Assembly: GCA_043806915.1 (NCBI GenBank)
Contig: JAZDGM010000020.1
Location: forward strand, 21,690-85,689
Direction of reading: 5' to 3'
Source: Pseudomonadota bacterium
Lineage (GTDB): Bacteria; Desulfobacterota; Desulfarculia; Adiutricales; JAGVGV01
Length of the DNA: 64,000 bases
Below are positions 1 through 10,256 of this stretch, piece by piece. The translations under genes were made by a program, and so were the position numbers. Below the pieces are notes generated by a model that was given only the letters and a program-made list of their open reading frames with translations, did no database searches and was not told where the DNA came from. The stretch's first letter is position 1. Each line of letters starts with the position of its first letter.

Positions 1-150
1 AGAGATCACGCGCACAATGTCGCGATCCTGGGTCGCGGCGGGCTGCTCCGTGGTGAAGACGACTTCATTCCCGGTTGACCGACGAGTCGGGCTGCGGGAT
101 GGGCTGGTCTTCTGCCCCTGAACAACGGTTAAAGTCGGATTTATTTTCAT
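1..150 (-). CDS. 5' part of hypothetical protein running off the window edge (MKINPTLTVVQGQKTSPSRS...)
   Basis: ATG at 150 on minus strand, GGTAGG SD-like sequence upstream, frame open to position 1; not in ORF track. Confidence 0.45.
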   Translation of the reverse strand, partial: MKINPTLTVVQGQKTSPSRSPTRRSTGNEVVFTTEQPAATQDRDIVRVIS

Positions 151-640
151 GTGGCTTACCTACCGCCTGCCAAAGAGGTGAAAGGTTCGACGCTGGTCCA
201 ATATGGCCCCCGCGCCTCGGGTTCGCACCGATAAAAAATTCGAGGAGTAGGTAAAAGAGGGCCGTTTTGGCGCCAGACCCTCGTCTGACTGCTTCCGGTC
301 CAGGCAAAATCCGGATCGGCCTTGACGACGCAGCCCCCGGCGTAGGAAAAAGGCGTCCTGGACCGCGGCGGACCTGAATATTCCAAAAGGCCCGCCTTCA
401 AAAGGCCGCTCTTTCCATGCTTCTCGCGGCCTCGTTCACCTGGAATCGCGGCCGGTCGCCTGAATGTTTTCGAGCCTTTAGGGGCCAAGATGTATTCTTC
501 GTCGCCAGGCATGCCGTACTCCCGGCTCGCCACTCCCCAGGGCGAGCCATGTGGCTTGACTGTCAAAACCAATTGCCGAGCCGTGCTTGATCAAGCGCCG
601 CGAATCCGTCCGGCCAAGACGGTATCCGCCGTCAGTTTAC

Positions 641-669
641 TAATCGGTAAAGGAATTGGAAAACTTTAG
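641..669 (-). promoter_or_regulatory. putative sigma28 (FliA) promoter
   Basis: minus strand TAAA-N16-ACCGATTA versus consensus TAAA-N15/16-GCCGATAA. Confidence 0.5.
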
Positions 670-769
670 CATTTTTTTAATTATTTCGGCCGAGGAAGGG
701 AAATAAATTAAATGTGTATTAAAATCAAGAAGATAATGTAGAAAAAATACATGAGAAATATCTATTCGC

Positions 770-1978
770 CTAGTTGAGGTTTTTCTCGAGTAAGTCCAGA
801 ATTTTTTCGCGGACGCCGTTTCCAGCCCCGGCCCCGTTTAACATGATGACGAAGAGTCGTCCCCTAGCGGGGAATTCTCCCATGTAGCCCGCAATGGTTC
901 TGACTCCGTTCATGGTCCCGGTTTTAAAGAAAATAGAACCCTCCTTGGTCAGGAGATCACGGTTAGGAAAAAAAATTTTCAGGACTTTGATCATTTGGGA
1001 TGCGGACATGGCGGTGAGGCGGGAAAGTCCGGAACCTTCCTCCACATAAAATGGGGGGACTTCCTTTTCTGCCAGGAAAGCCTGAAGCGCTTGACGGGAT
1101 TTCTCCTCGGAAGCCGGAGGCCCGTAGATTTCGGCGCCCCAGGCGAGGAATATCTGATTGGCCATGAAATTGTTGGAAAACTTGAGCGTCCGGGACAACA
1201 ACCAGCGTAGGTCCCGCGAGGATTTCCGACGGTAAAACAGCGGTATGTTTTCCGCGCCGCCGGTGGTTGAACGCACCCGCCCCCCAACCTTGACGCCGTT
1301 TTTTTTCAAAACAGTCAAAATGAGGTCTCCCGCGTAGAGAAGGCAGGTTTGGGGGTGATCGGACAGGTTGAACCGGACCTGGCCCTTGGCCCCTGTTTTT
1401 ACAGCCAGGTCCCGGGCCATGTCGGTCAAGGGCGTTTGCGGCTCGGCGGCGGAGACGCGCCCCGCCGGGTCAATGACGACGCTGATGGTGTTGAAGTTGA
1501 CGCACAGGGCGCCGTTGAAGGCGTCGTAGGGATTGAGACTGCGATCGGTGCCATCGAGAACGAGATCGGGGGTGAAATAGGAGTTGTCGAGAACAAGGTC
1601 CCTAATTTCCCTTAGGCCCTGGGACTGAAGTTCGAGGACCGCTGCCTCGATTTCCTCGGAAACCAGGAAGGGGTCCCCCCGCCCCAGAATCCAGAGGTCC
1701 CCGGTGGAGGCCAATTTAAAATCGGTGGTAAATCTATAGTCCGGCCCCAGCAGGTCCAAGGCGGCCGCGCTGGTGACGACTTTCATAATGGAGGCGGGAA
1801 CCAAGGGTTTGTCCGGATTCAGACTGAACAGGGGACGGTCGGCTTGGTCGAGCACCAGAACGGAGCCGTCCCGAGCCAAGCGTTTGACTTGGTCTTCCCA
1901 GGGGGCCGCCGAGGCGGACGCGTGGGTGAAGATAGCCAGTAACAGGGTTAGTAAGGAGAAAAAGAGTTTTCTGGTCAT
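770..1978 (-). CDS. dacB: D-alanyl-D-alanine carboxypeptidase/endopeptidase (peptidase S13, PBP4)
   Basis: signal peptide, PASIMK (SxxK), SNN (SxN), KTG motifs, GRGDP and EGSGLSR. Confidence 0.9.
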   Translation of the reverse strand: MTRKLFFSLLTLLLAIFTHASASAAPWEDQVKRLARDGSVLVLDQADRPLFSLNPDKPLVPASIMKVVTSAAALDLLGPDYRFTTDFKLASTGDLWILGRGDPFLVSEEIEAAVLELQSQGLREIRDLVLDNSYFTPDLVLDGTDRSLNPYDAFNGALCVNFNTISVVIDPAGRVSAAEPQTPLTDMARDLAVKTGAKGQVRFNLSDHPQTCLLYAGDLILTVLKKNGVKVGGRVRSTTGGAENIPLFYRRKSSRDLRWLLSRTLKFSNNFMANQIFLAWGAEIYGPPASEEKSRQALQAFLAEKEVPPFYVEEGSGLSRLTAMSASQMIKVLKIFFPNRDLLTKEGSIFFKTGTMNGVRTIAGYMGEFPARGRLFVIMLNGAGAGNGVREKILDLLEKNLN

Positions 1979-2016
1979 CCGGGCGGCCTCCGGGATTGGC
2001 GGGAGAAAATCCGGGA

Positions 2017-2049
2017 CAAAAGGGAACGCCCCCTCGCGGGGGCGTTCCC
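2017..2049 (-). terminator. intrinsic terminator after aprA
   Basis: 12-bp stem GGGAACGCCCCC/GGGGGCGTTCCC followed by T-run on minus strand. Confidence 0.75.
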
Positions 2050-2075
2050 GGGCCGGAAATGGCCGTGACAGCGAA

Positions 2076-3971
2076 CTAGATCAGGGCGGTCACCGGGACC
2101 TTCTTGGCGGTCCATTCGGCGGCTTTGGGATCGTATTTCACGTTCACGAAGACCAGCCAGTTCTCGTTGTCCATCTTGGGGCAGTCAGCGCGGAAGTAGT
2201 AGCCCGGCCACCTGGTTTCCTCGCGGAACAGGATGGTGCGGACGTGGGCTTCGGCCTGCCACATACGGTGGACGTTTTCCCAGCAGCGTTCGAGTTCGTA
2301 CACGTTGGCGGCGGCCAACTTCAGGGAGTCTTCCTTCAACATTTCGAGCAGCTCGAGGCCGCGTTCGCACAGGGCCTTGCTGGTTTTGAAGGCGGAGACG
2401 ACGCCGCCGGCGTACTCATCCATCAGCTTCTGCAGACGGAACATGAACATGAAGGGCTTGATGTACGCGGGGTTGTAGTCGTCATCGGTGGAGAAGCCCT
2501 TGTTGGCTTCGTACAGCTCGATGGGGGCCAGGGCCTTTTCCATCAAGCCGGCGGTGTCACAGTCGGGCTGGGTGTTGTTCTCGGTGATCCACTTAACGGC
2601 CTGCTTACCGGTGTAACGGCCTTCGGCAAAGGAACCGGAGGAGAACTTGTGGCTGGAGGCGCCGGAAGCGTCGCCGGCCGCGAACAGGCCAGGAGTCGTG
2701 GTCATGTTGCCCACGCCGCCCCAGAAGTAGTCGTCCGAAATCTTGCCCTTGCCCTTGAGGTCCGGGGGACCGGAGACCCAACCGCCGGAAGCGCCGGAGT
2801 GGGAACCGATGAAGTACGGTTCGCAAGCGGCGATTTCGGAGTGTTTCTCTTCGGGAGCGATGTTGGAAGCCGCCCACAGCAGAGCCTGGCTAATCGTCAT
2901 GTCCAGGAAGTCTTCCCAAGCTTCGGATTCCAGTTCCTTCATCTTCTTCTTGAAGGCCTTGGGATCGTCGGCGTACTGCTTGGCCAGGTTGGCGATGGCT
3001 TCGTGGGTTTCCATGTACAGCGGCCCCAGGCCGGCGTCTACATCCAGCATGCCGAGGTAGTTACGCAGGTTGGCGGGAATCGGTTTGGCCAAGCCGTAGG
3101 GAGCCCAGTTGTTGAGTTCCGCCTTGCGGACGACCATGTACTCGCCGCCGGAAGCGGAAATGGCGCGGGACTTGAACAGCAGGAACCACGCGCCGACGGG
3201 GCCGTAAGCGTCCTTGAAGCGGACGGGGATGAAGCGGACTTCCTGACAGGTCAGCTCGGCGCCGGCCATCAGCTCGAAGTAGGTGGAAGAGCCGCTGTTG
3301 AAGGGCGGATACCAGGAACGGCCGAGACCTTCGCCGGATGACCGCGGCTTGAAGACGTGGACCGCGCCGCCCATGGCGCAGATAACCGCCTTGGCCTTGA
3401 AGACGTAGAAGACGTTCTCGCGGGTGGAGAAGCCGTAGGCGCCGGCGACCCGGCTGCCGTCCTTGCTCATGATCGGGCCGATGATGAAGACGCGTTCGAA
3501 TATCTCATTACCGGCTTCGGCCATGGCGTTCTTCGCGGCTTCGGCCACGATCACCTTGTAGGACTCGCCGTTGATCATAAGCTGCCAACGGCCTTCGTTC
3601 ACGTAGTTGCCGTTTTCATCGGTCCAGATGGGCAGGCCCCATTTTTCGAACAGATGGACGGTGCCGTCGACGTGACGAGCGATATTGTAGACCAAGTCCT
3701 CGCGGCTTACGCCCATGAGGTCCTGACGCACGTAGTTAACGTAGTCTTCAACGGAGTTTACGCCCTTGGCGTAGTTGATGTACTGGTTGATGGCCGAAAG
3801 GCCCATGGCGACGGCGCCGGAACGATCCGGAACGGCCTTGTCGATCATGGTCACTTTGAGACCGGCCTTTTTGGCCCAGTAGGAAGATTCAAGAGCGGCG
3901 CCGCAAGCACCCATGCCGCCGCCGACAATCAACAGATCAGTAGTAACTTCTTTGGTCGAAAAATTAGCCAT
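2076..3971 (-). CDS. aprA: adenylylsulfate (APS) reductase alpha subunit
   Basis: GGGMG FAD motif, RSGAVAMGLSAIN, WQLMINGESYK, HKFSSGS, FREETRWPGYY. Confidence 0.97.
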   Translation of the reverse strand: MANFSTKEVTTDLLIVGGGMGACGAALESSYWAKKAGLKVTMIDKAVPDRSGAVAMGLSAINQYINYAKGVNSVEDYVNYVRQDLMGVSREDLVYNIARHVDGTVHLFEKWGLPIWTDENGNYVNEGRWQLMINGESYKVIVAEAAKNAMAEAGNEIFERVFIIGPIMSKDGSRVAGAYGFSTRENVFYVFKAKAVICAMGGAVHVFKPRSSGEGLGRSWYPPFNSGSSTYFELMAGAELTCQEVRFIPVRFKDAYGPVGAWFLLFKSRAISASGGEYMVVRKAELNNWAPYGLAKPIPANLRNYLGMLDVDAGLGPLYMETHEAIANLAKQYADDPKAFKKKMKELESEAWEDFLDMTISQALLWAASNIAPEEKHSEIAACEPYFIGSHSGASGGWVSGPPDLKGKGKISDDYFWGGVGNMTTTPGLFAAGDASGASSHKFSSGSFAEGRYTGKQAVKWITENNTQPDCDTAGLMEKALAPIELYEANKGFSTDDDYNPAYIKPFMFMFRLQKLMDEYAGGVVSAFKTSKALCERGLELLEMLKEDSLKLAAANVYELERCWENVHRMWQAEAHVRTILFREETRWPGYYFRADCPKMDNENWLVFVNVKYDPKAAEWTAKKVPVTALI

Positions 3972-3986
3972 TTGTGCACCTCCTAC

Positions 3987-4424
3987 TTACATTTGGGGAA
4001 GATCGTCTTGGTTGAGGCAAGCAGGCTCGCACATCAAGTAAACGCTTTTCAGGTCGCCGCTGCCTTCGGCGTAACCGCCCATCGGCTGCGCGGAACCCTC
4101 CGGAGTAGTACGGATGGGGAACTTGAAGCGCTTGACGGCGCCATTACGGAACTTAACCGTCCACATGATGCTGTCGGAGCCGCGCATGGGAACCACGCTG
4201 GCGCCCAGGGGCACGAAGTCGGCGTAGCCGCGCACGTCAATGGCCTGCTGGGGGCAGATCTTCACGCAGTTGTAACATTCCCAGCACATCCAGGGGTCGC
4301 GGTTGTAAGCCTTCATCTTGTCCATGTCCAAGACCATCAGGTCATTGGGGCAAATGTGCATGCAGGCGGTCTTATCGGAATCCTTGCAACCGTCGCATTT
4401 TTCTACCATCACAAAGCTCGGCAT
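3987..4424 (-). CDS. aprB: adenylylsulfate reductase beta subunit (2x[4Fe-4S])
   Basis: CDGC..ACMHICP, CWECYNCVKICP, RGYADF, KRFKFPIRTTPEG; directly upstream of aprA. Confidence 0.97.
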   Translation of the reverse strand: MPSFVMVEKCDGCKDSDKTACMHICPNDLMVLDMDKMKAYNRDPWMCWECYNCVKICPQQAIDVRGYADFVPLGASVVPMRGSDSIMWTVKFRNGAVKRFKFPIRTTPEGSAQPMGGYAEGSGDLKSVYLMCEPACLNQDDLPQM

Positions 4425-4743
4425 CTATCCATTCCTCCTATTTTTGTGATCGATTACTAAAGTTAAAAAAACGGATCAAGACTTAATTGTTATTAACTCT
4501 CTCACCACCTCCTTACCAAATCTTCTTGAATTCCGCGGCCCACCAAATCTTTTCCGGTTCTCGTCATGGGTTTGGGCTTCTTTTTTCGACCCGTGGGCCG
4601 ATCTGCATTGCCGGATAAATTCGAGGCTGTATATTTTAAACTGATAGGCGACCTCCAAGCCATCTTTGCCAAGCGTCCAAACCCATTGTTTTTTTAGCTT
4701 AAATTTCGGCTTGTAAAGCGTCGCTCCTTGTGCATTTTTGGAC

Positions 4744-4772
4744 AATCTAACCCATGGCGGGGGGACTGTCAA
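4744..4772 (-). promoter_or_regulatory. putative sigma70 promoter for aprBA
   Basis: TTGACA-N17-TAGATT on minus strand. Confidence 0.55.
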
Positions 4773-5007
4773 GAAAAAACTAGACTCCGGCAGCCCTCAA
4801 ATTCTTCAAAATATTTGTATAATAAGTTAAGGGACAGACCGCCCCTCCAGCGCCCGGCGAGGTGTATTCATTCCCTAACGGGTTGGGATCACTGTGATAA
4901 ATTGCGCGCCTCCCTGGCCTGGTCGACCGTAAACGGTTCCGCCGGACCTTTGGATAAAAACCGCTCTTCATGCCGCCGCCAGTCCCGCCCAAATGGGACC
5001 GGGCCGG

Positions 5008-5454
5008 TTAGTCCTCCAAGGGTGGGAAACTGTCCAGGACCCCTTTCGGTCCGTGGGCCGCTTCCGGCTCTTCCAAACCCAAGCGAATTTCCAGCAATCG
5101 GTATTGATGGTAATAGCGACAGCGGCAGTCCCGGGGGACCGGGCCGAGGATCGCGTTTTGTTTGGAGAGAAAAGGACCGGCGTCCAGGACCCCGCGGACC
5201 CGCCCCCCCTGACCCTCGAGGCGGTCGATCAGGTAGGCGGGATTGTCGGCGCCGCGCAGCAGCCGCAAGCCCAGGGCGTTATCGGCCTGATTGAACCACA
5301 GGTTGCACCCCAAGGTCTGGTGGACGTATTTTTCCATTATATCCTCGGGAAGCGTCACCCGTCCGCCGGGCTCCAACCGCGCAAATTCCCAGTCTTTTGT
5401 TTCTTCCATAATAGTTAACCGCTCCCGAATATTCTTGTCTTCACCTTTTACCAT
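5008..5454 (-). CDS. hypothetical protein (weak AbrB/MraZ-like GRVTLP motif)
   Basis: 148-aa ORF downstream of and co-oriented with the acyltransferase. Confidence 0.55.
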   Translation of the reverse strand: MVKGEDKNIRERLTIMEETKDWEFARLEPGGRVTLPEDIMEKYVHQTLGCNLWFNQADNALGLRLLRGADNPAYLIDRLEGQGGRVRGVLDAGPFLSKQNAILGPVPRDCRCRYYHQYRLLEIRLGLEEPEAAHGPKGVLDSFPPLED

Positions 5455-5528
5455 AACCCCATCCGGGAAAAAAGAGCGCGCCGCAAAAAATGAAAGTTAT
5501 TTTCGCTCAACCTCGGAAACGGGCGGAT

Positions 5529-6314
5529 TCAGTCCTCCGGACAGGGCGAAAAGGCGTCCGAGACCCGGCGGTGCGCCTCCGCGGCCAAGGCCTTGCGATC
5601 CAGGCCCGGCGGGATGGCCTCGGCGAAGATGACTTCCACGACCAGTCCCCTCCGGCTGAAAAGGTTCCACAAGTGCGGGGCCAGGGTCATGTCGCCGTAC
5701 CAGCAGATGTTGTCCCTTATTTTTCGTGAAAACGGCCGGCCCCCCCAGGAAATATAATTGATGGTCAACGGTTGCACCACGGCCCCGACCTTCACGGGCA
5801 CGGCGAAAAGGGATGATTTGAACGGCAGGACGCGTTCCCCGTTGGCGGACGTCCCTTCCGGAAAAATCACGATATCGGCGCCGTCCCTCAGCCACTGGGC
5901 CGTCAGTTCCGCGAAGGCGGCTGTTTCTCCCCGGTTTTCCCGGTCCACGAATAACGTCCCGGCCGCGCGGATCATGGGACCGAGCACCGGCCAGGTTCCG
6001 GCCTCCTTTTTGCTAACGAAGGTAAAAGGCTGGACCGACGCCAGAATGACGATATCCATGTACCCCATGTGGTTGGAAGTGAAAAAGACGGGGCCCGAGG
6101 GTCTCGCCGACGACCGGCCCTTGACCACGACCCTTATGCCGAGGCCCCTGGTCGCGACTCGCGCCCAAAGGTGGAGCAGCCGGGAACTCAGCCGGATATG
6201 TTCCCGGCGGGTCCTTTTGTTCCTGGTCATATGGGTCCCCAGGAGGAGGGGGCTCAAGGCGGCTATGGTCAGGGCGGTCAAGGCCAGGTGAAACAAACTG
6301 GTGATGGTTCTCAT
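5529..6314 (-). CDS. lysophospholipid acyltransferase (PlsC family)
   Basis: NHMGYMD (HX4D), FVDR, IFPEGT motifs. Confidence 0.9.
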   Translation of the reverse strand: MRTITSLFHLALTALTIAALSPLLLGTHMTRNKRTRREHIRLSSRLLHLWARVATRGLGIRVVVKGRSSARPSGPVFFTSNHMGYMDIVILASVQPFTFVSKKEAGTWPVLGPMIRAAGTLFVDRENRGETAAFAELTAQWLRDGADIVIFPEGTSANGERVLPFKSSLFAVPVKVGAVVQPLTINYISWGGRPFSRKIRDNICWYGDMTLAPHLWNLFSRRGLVVEVIFAEAIPPGLDRKALAAEAHRRVSDAFSPCPED

Positions 6315-6457
6315 TCCACTCTTCTCTCTTTAGGCTGAGGCGAAAAAGCGAATATACCATTTTGAGCGCGCTTCCGGGCCAAAAAAATAAAGAGTCGATT
6401 TTCCCCTGATTTAAGTTGCATTTTTCCCTTCCGGGTATATATTAATAGACACCTCGT

Positions 6458-6815
6458 GGGGGCGAAACGGTTTCGACGGGGATAGTTGAACTATAGGTTG
6501 CATGTCGAGGTTCTCGCCGACTCGTTAAAAAGGCGGGGAACAAACACAAAAGCCGACTCATACGAGTACGCTCTAGCCGCTTAGGCTAGCGTCCAACAAG
6601 CTCTTCGCCTATGGGGGTCTGTTGGGCGACGACACAGTAGGCTAGCCTTGCGGGGGGCGCGGAACACGCCGCAAGTCGAAAACAACTTCCGCTGGCCCGA
6701 TGGGAACCCTGTCCGTTGGGGGTCCCTAGGGCGAGAAAAAAAAACACGGAATAAACATGTAGATGTCTATGGGGAAGATCTTCGGACGCGGGTTCGACTC
6801 CCGCCGCCTCCACCA
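6458..6815 (+). ncRNA. ssrA: tmRNA; tag peptide (A)ADSYEYALAA encoded at 6552-6584
   Basis: 5' GGGGGCGAAACGGTTTCGACGGG, 3' T-arm GCGGGTTCGACTCCCGC and CCTCCACCA end, tag ORF ending YALAA*. Confidence 0.97.
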
Positions 6816-6840
6816 AAACAATTCAACAATTTTAACCGGG

Positions 6841-6872
6841 AAGGGATTTTGAGAGGGCTCAAAATCCCTTTT
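6841..6872 (+). terminator. intrinsic terminator after tmRNA
   Basis: GGGATTTTGAG-AGGG-CTCAAAATCCC-TTTT. Confidence 0.75.
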
Positions 6873-7014
6873 CGGTTTCTTGCATCTTTTCCTGCATTCG
6901 CCGTTCGGCCATCTCGTCGGCAACTTCTGAAAAACTCGCCTACTTTCCGCTTTCCACCCGCATTGTCGCCCGCATCGACCAGTTGATGGCCCGGCGCGAC
7001 ACGCTGGAACAGCA

Positions 7015-7327
7015 GATCGACCCGCGATGTCAGACCGCCGATGATGTAGCGGCCTGGGTGGTGGAGATGGCGAAAAAAAGTGGACATTGTGGACAGCATG
7101 GACGCCGTGGACAGCTTCCTGAAGCGTCCACCGAGTCCACAACGTCCACGCAGTCCACCAAATCCTACCCGGAACTTTCGGCCAACGCCGCCCTGGTGCT
7201 GCCGGCCGCGGCCTGTTCGCTCATCGACCGACAGGTCGAACGGCTGGCGCGGGATTTCGAAAACGAGGGCGGCTTCATCGAGCGCCTTTACCGCGTGCGT
7301 ACCGCCAAGCGGAGGAGCCAGCCATGA
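7015..7327 (+). pseudogene. 3' half of four-helix-bundle (suffix-domain) gene fused to an hsdS fragment
   Basis: near-identical to 12718-13030; N-terminal half missing. Confidence 0.85.
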
Positions 7328-7379
7328 GCGAGCTCTCCAACTACCAGCCGCCCGACGCCATCACGCCGGCGATGGTGAA

Positions 7380-7622
7380 TCATCCTTCCCGGACGGCGTT
7401 TTCCGTGTCGGCCAACTCGTCATCGGTCAGAAACTCGAACTGCGATTCCCTCTTTCGCGCTGAAAGACGACCATTGTTTTGCAGGCAGAGCTGGATAAAA
7501 AGATCAATGAGGCGGTCAGGCAGGTCCACGATTTCCTGAATGGCCTGCTTGGCCCTGTCGTAATTCACCAGAAAATCGAGTTCTTCCGCCAGTTCGCGCT
7601 CGATGGCGCCACACCCGGTCAA
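7380..7622 (-). pseudogene. C-terminal fragment of Fic-family protein
   Basis: EELDFLVNYDRAKQAIQEIVDLPDRLIDLFIQLCLQNNGRLS resembles the C-terminus of long Fic proteins; no Fic motif present. Confidence 0.65.
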
Positions 7623-8049
7623 GAATGAGGGTGGTCCTCAAAAAACTTGTTTGCATCTTATAAAACGATTACATCTAGGCGATCTTCAAGAAAAACAGTT
7701 AAATGAGCCGTCGGGATGCCGGCGGACGAGGCACAGGTTCCAGTAGAAAGACCTTTCCACGCCGTGGAATGTCCCGGGAGCGTCTTTTACACAGTGACAT
7801 ATTGGTTTCGAAATATTTTTTGCAATTGAAAAGGGCAATCCCGGGTTTGAAATAAAATTTGGGAGTCTATTTTCAAGCAGCGTGGACAAATAATATGGGT
7901 GCTCGTATACTGCGCCTGCCGCCAAGGCGTGGCACGCCGCAAGGCCAAAGCCGCTACTCTTGGACCGTCGATTTCGCCGCCCGCCGGCGCCCAAGGCGCG
8001 GGGAGAGATGCAGTCGCTGCTGGATTAAGCGGCCGCAATCAAGGCGGAG

Positions 8050-8340
8050 GTGGTGGACTTAAAGGAACAGCTAAAACGGCTGAAAAAAGAGAAAGCTGGC
8101 AAAGAAGAGCTGAACGCGGTGGATGGGCAGAGCCGCGAAAAGGAAAAGGCTGCCAAGAATCAAGAGACCAAGGCCGCCGACATCGACGCCGCCGTGTTCG
8201 ACCTGAAAGCGGTCAACCCCAATGCCGTTACCAAGGTGGACGAACGCACTCCGCGGCAGATCATCGGCAGCATCGAGCAGCAGGGACGGATCGTCTCCGA
8301 GGCGCTGGCCAGGCTGGCAACATTGTTGGCAAGAGAGTGA
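8050..8340 (+). pseudogene. C-terminal fragment of type I RM N6-methyltransferase (HsdM)
   Basis: DIDAAVFDLKAVNPNA..DERTPRQII..IEQQGRIVSEALARL tail; no catalytic motifs. Confidence 0.65.
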
Positions 8341-8439
8341 GGCGGCGATAAATGTGATTTTGCCCAAAGGCGTTATCGGTAGCCGCATAAGCGCCGGACA
8401 CCGTGGACGGCATGGCAATCCAGACAGAAGAGGGGAATT

Positions 8440-10206
8440 ATGCTGAAACTGTTACGAATACAAAACTTCAAGGGCTGGAAGGATACCGGCGCCATTCGCA
8501 TGGCTCCCATCTCCCTGTTCCTTGGCGCCAACAGCTCTGGCAAGTCCAGCATCGGCCAGTTCCTGATGATGCTGAAGCAGACCGTGGAGTCACCGGACAG
8601 AAAGGCGGTTTTTTATCCGGGGGGCAAAAACACGGCGGTTCAGCTTGGCTCCTACCAGGAGATGGTCTTTCATCGCAATCCGGAAAACAAAATCCCCTTC
8701 GACTACCGGTGGTCCTTGCCGGAAATAATGAAGTTCAAGGACCCGGTGACCGGCCAGGCCTTTTCCGGCGACAACCTCTCTTTTCATGCCGAGGTCGGTT
8801 TAGGGGACAAGGACCAGCACACACTGGCGCTTGTCCAACTGAAATATGAGTTGCTTGAAGAAGAGAAGTCCAGGCTGTCCATCGGCATGGAGCGAAAACC
8901 GGGCGCCAAGTCCGAGTAAAAAGTCGATGCGACCAATTACACGCTGAAACGCAAGCAGGGGCGGGTCTGGTATCCTGGCGCCCCGGTCCGGTTTTACGGT
9001 TTCCCTGACGAGGTTGTTGCCTATCACCAGAACGCGGATTTCGTTCAGGCGCTGAACCCGCGGCATGAAAAGATGTACCGATCTCTCTGTTATCTTGGCC
9101 CCCTACGCACGAAGGCCGAGCGTCTGTATTCATGGACCGGCATGGAGCCTGAAAGTGTCGGCTATGTGGGGGAAAATACCGTCGCGGCGATTCTGGCGGC
9201 GCGAAACCGGAAAATCAGCCTGGGTTACAAACGGCCAGCCAAACCTTTTGAGGAGATCATTGCCCTCAAGCTCAAGGAAATGGGACTGATCGAGGAATTC
9301 AAGGTCAACCCGATATCCGAGCAGCGGCAGGAGTACGAGGTCAAGGTTCGCACCAAGGGGTCAAGAGACTGGGTCGATCTCCCGGACGTCGGTTTTGGCA
9401 TATCCCAGGTGCTTCCGGTTCTAGTGCAGTGTTTTTACGCTCCGGCAGGGTCGATCATCCTCATGGAACAGCCGGAGATTCACCTGCATCCGAATGCTCA
9501 ATCAGCGTTAGCCGATGTGATGATCGATGTCATCAACTCCCGCGAAAACGGATCAGACAGGGACATTCAGTTGGTTATCGAAACCCATTCGGAGCATTTC
9601 CTGCGCCGCCTGCAGCGCCGTATCGCCGAAGATGCAGTCCCTCAGGAAAAAGTATCGGCCTATTTCGCCAATATCGCCAAGACGCCCGCGACTCTGGAGC
9701 AGTTGCAAATCGATATCTTCGGCAACATCCAGAATTGGCCGGAGAACTTCTTCGGCGATGAAATGGGCGACATCACCGATGCTCTTTTCGATCATCTCTC
9801 TGACCGGTACATCCTTTTTGGTGAGTGGTGTTATGCCCAGCATTCGATTTTCCATGACCGCCTGCCCGACTGGTTTCTATCCTTTGATATTTATGACCGA
9901 GAGGCGCGTCGCTTTCTGGCCTCGGTGCGCCGGGATCGGCTATTAGATGAGATGCATATCTCCAAAGTACCAGATATTGCACGCGGGCGGTTTAGCTATC
10001 CCGAGATTCAACAACTCTTATTGCAATCAAAGCTGACCGATCAGCAGGCTGAAGGGATTTATCTGCGAATTAGTCACGGTGACTGGCTTAAACAACGAGC
10101 CAAACTTGTTCGCCCCGCATTTATTCAGGCGGTCGAGCAGCACTGGTCGCGTTCCGCTATCAGACCGAACCGTCTAAATACCGGGATCGAGGATGATGGA
10201 AGGTAA
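8440..10206 (+). pseudogene. AAA ATPase/DUF3696 gene with internal nonsense codon (TAA 8917-8919), fused near 9780 to the C-terminal part of an RNA ligase family gene
   Basis: Walker A GANSSGKS; frame continues past TAA into ORF 9073; DVGFGISQVLP, EQPEIHLHP, IETHSEH, NWPENFF; then ILFGEWCYAQHS, FDIYD, EGIYLR, RAKLVRP. Confidence 0.8.
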
Positions 10207-10256
10207 TCGGTTGTTCAACTTGAGAAGTGGCGCAACTTTTCGAATTTTTCCCATAG

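Larger units (their letters stand above)
6802..7930 (+). repeat. copy 1 of duplicated att + hsdS fragment + four-helix fragment + Fic fragment block
   Basis: colinear with 12109-13180 apart from indels and SNPs. Confidence 0.9.

Noticed and set aside
148-557. CATGTGGCTT repeated exactly 400 bp apart (148 and 548) as a target-site duplication
   Set aside because: No terminal inverted repeats or transposase between them; a 10-mer match at this distance can arise by chance.
156-572. 138-aa minus-strand ORF as a real gene
   Set aside because: No recognisable motifs; SD and operon-like spacing alone were not enough to call it.
1773-4460. Long plus-strand ORFs (522 and 367 aa)
   Set aside because: Antisense shadows of aprA/aprB in high-GC DNA; the same applies to long antisense ORFs over other genes.
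4443-4461. Rex operator upstream of aprB (TTGTGATCGATTACTAA)
   Set aside because: Spacing and right half deviate from TTGTGAA-N4-TTCACAA.
8917-8919. Programmed stop-codon readthrough
   Set aside because: Codon is TAA, no recoding signal seen, and surrounding genes are decayed, so a nonsense mutation is simpler.
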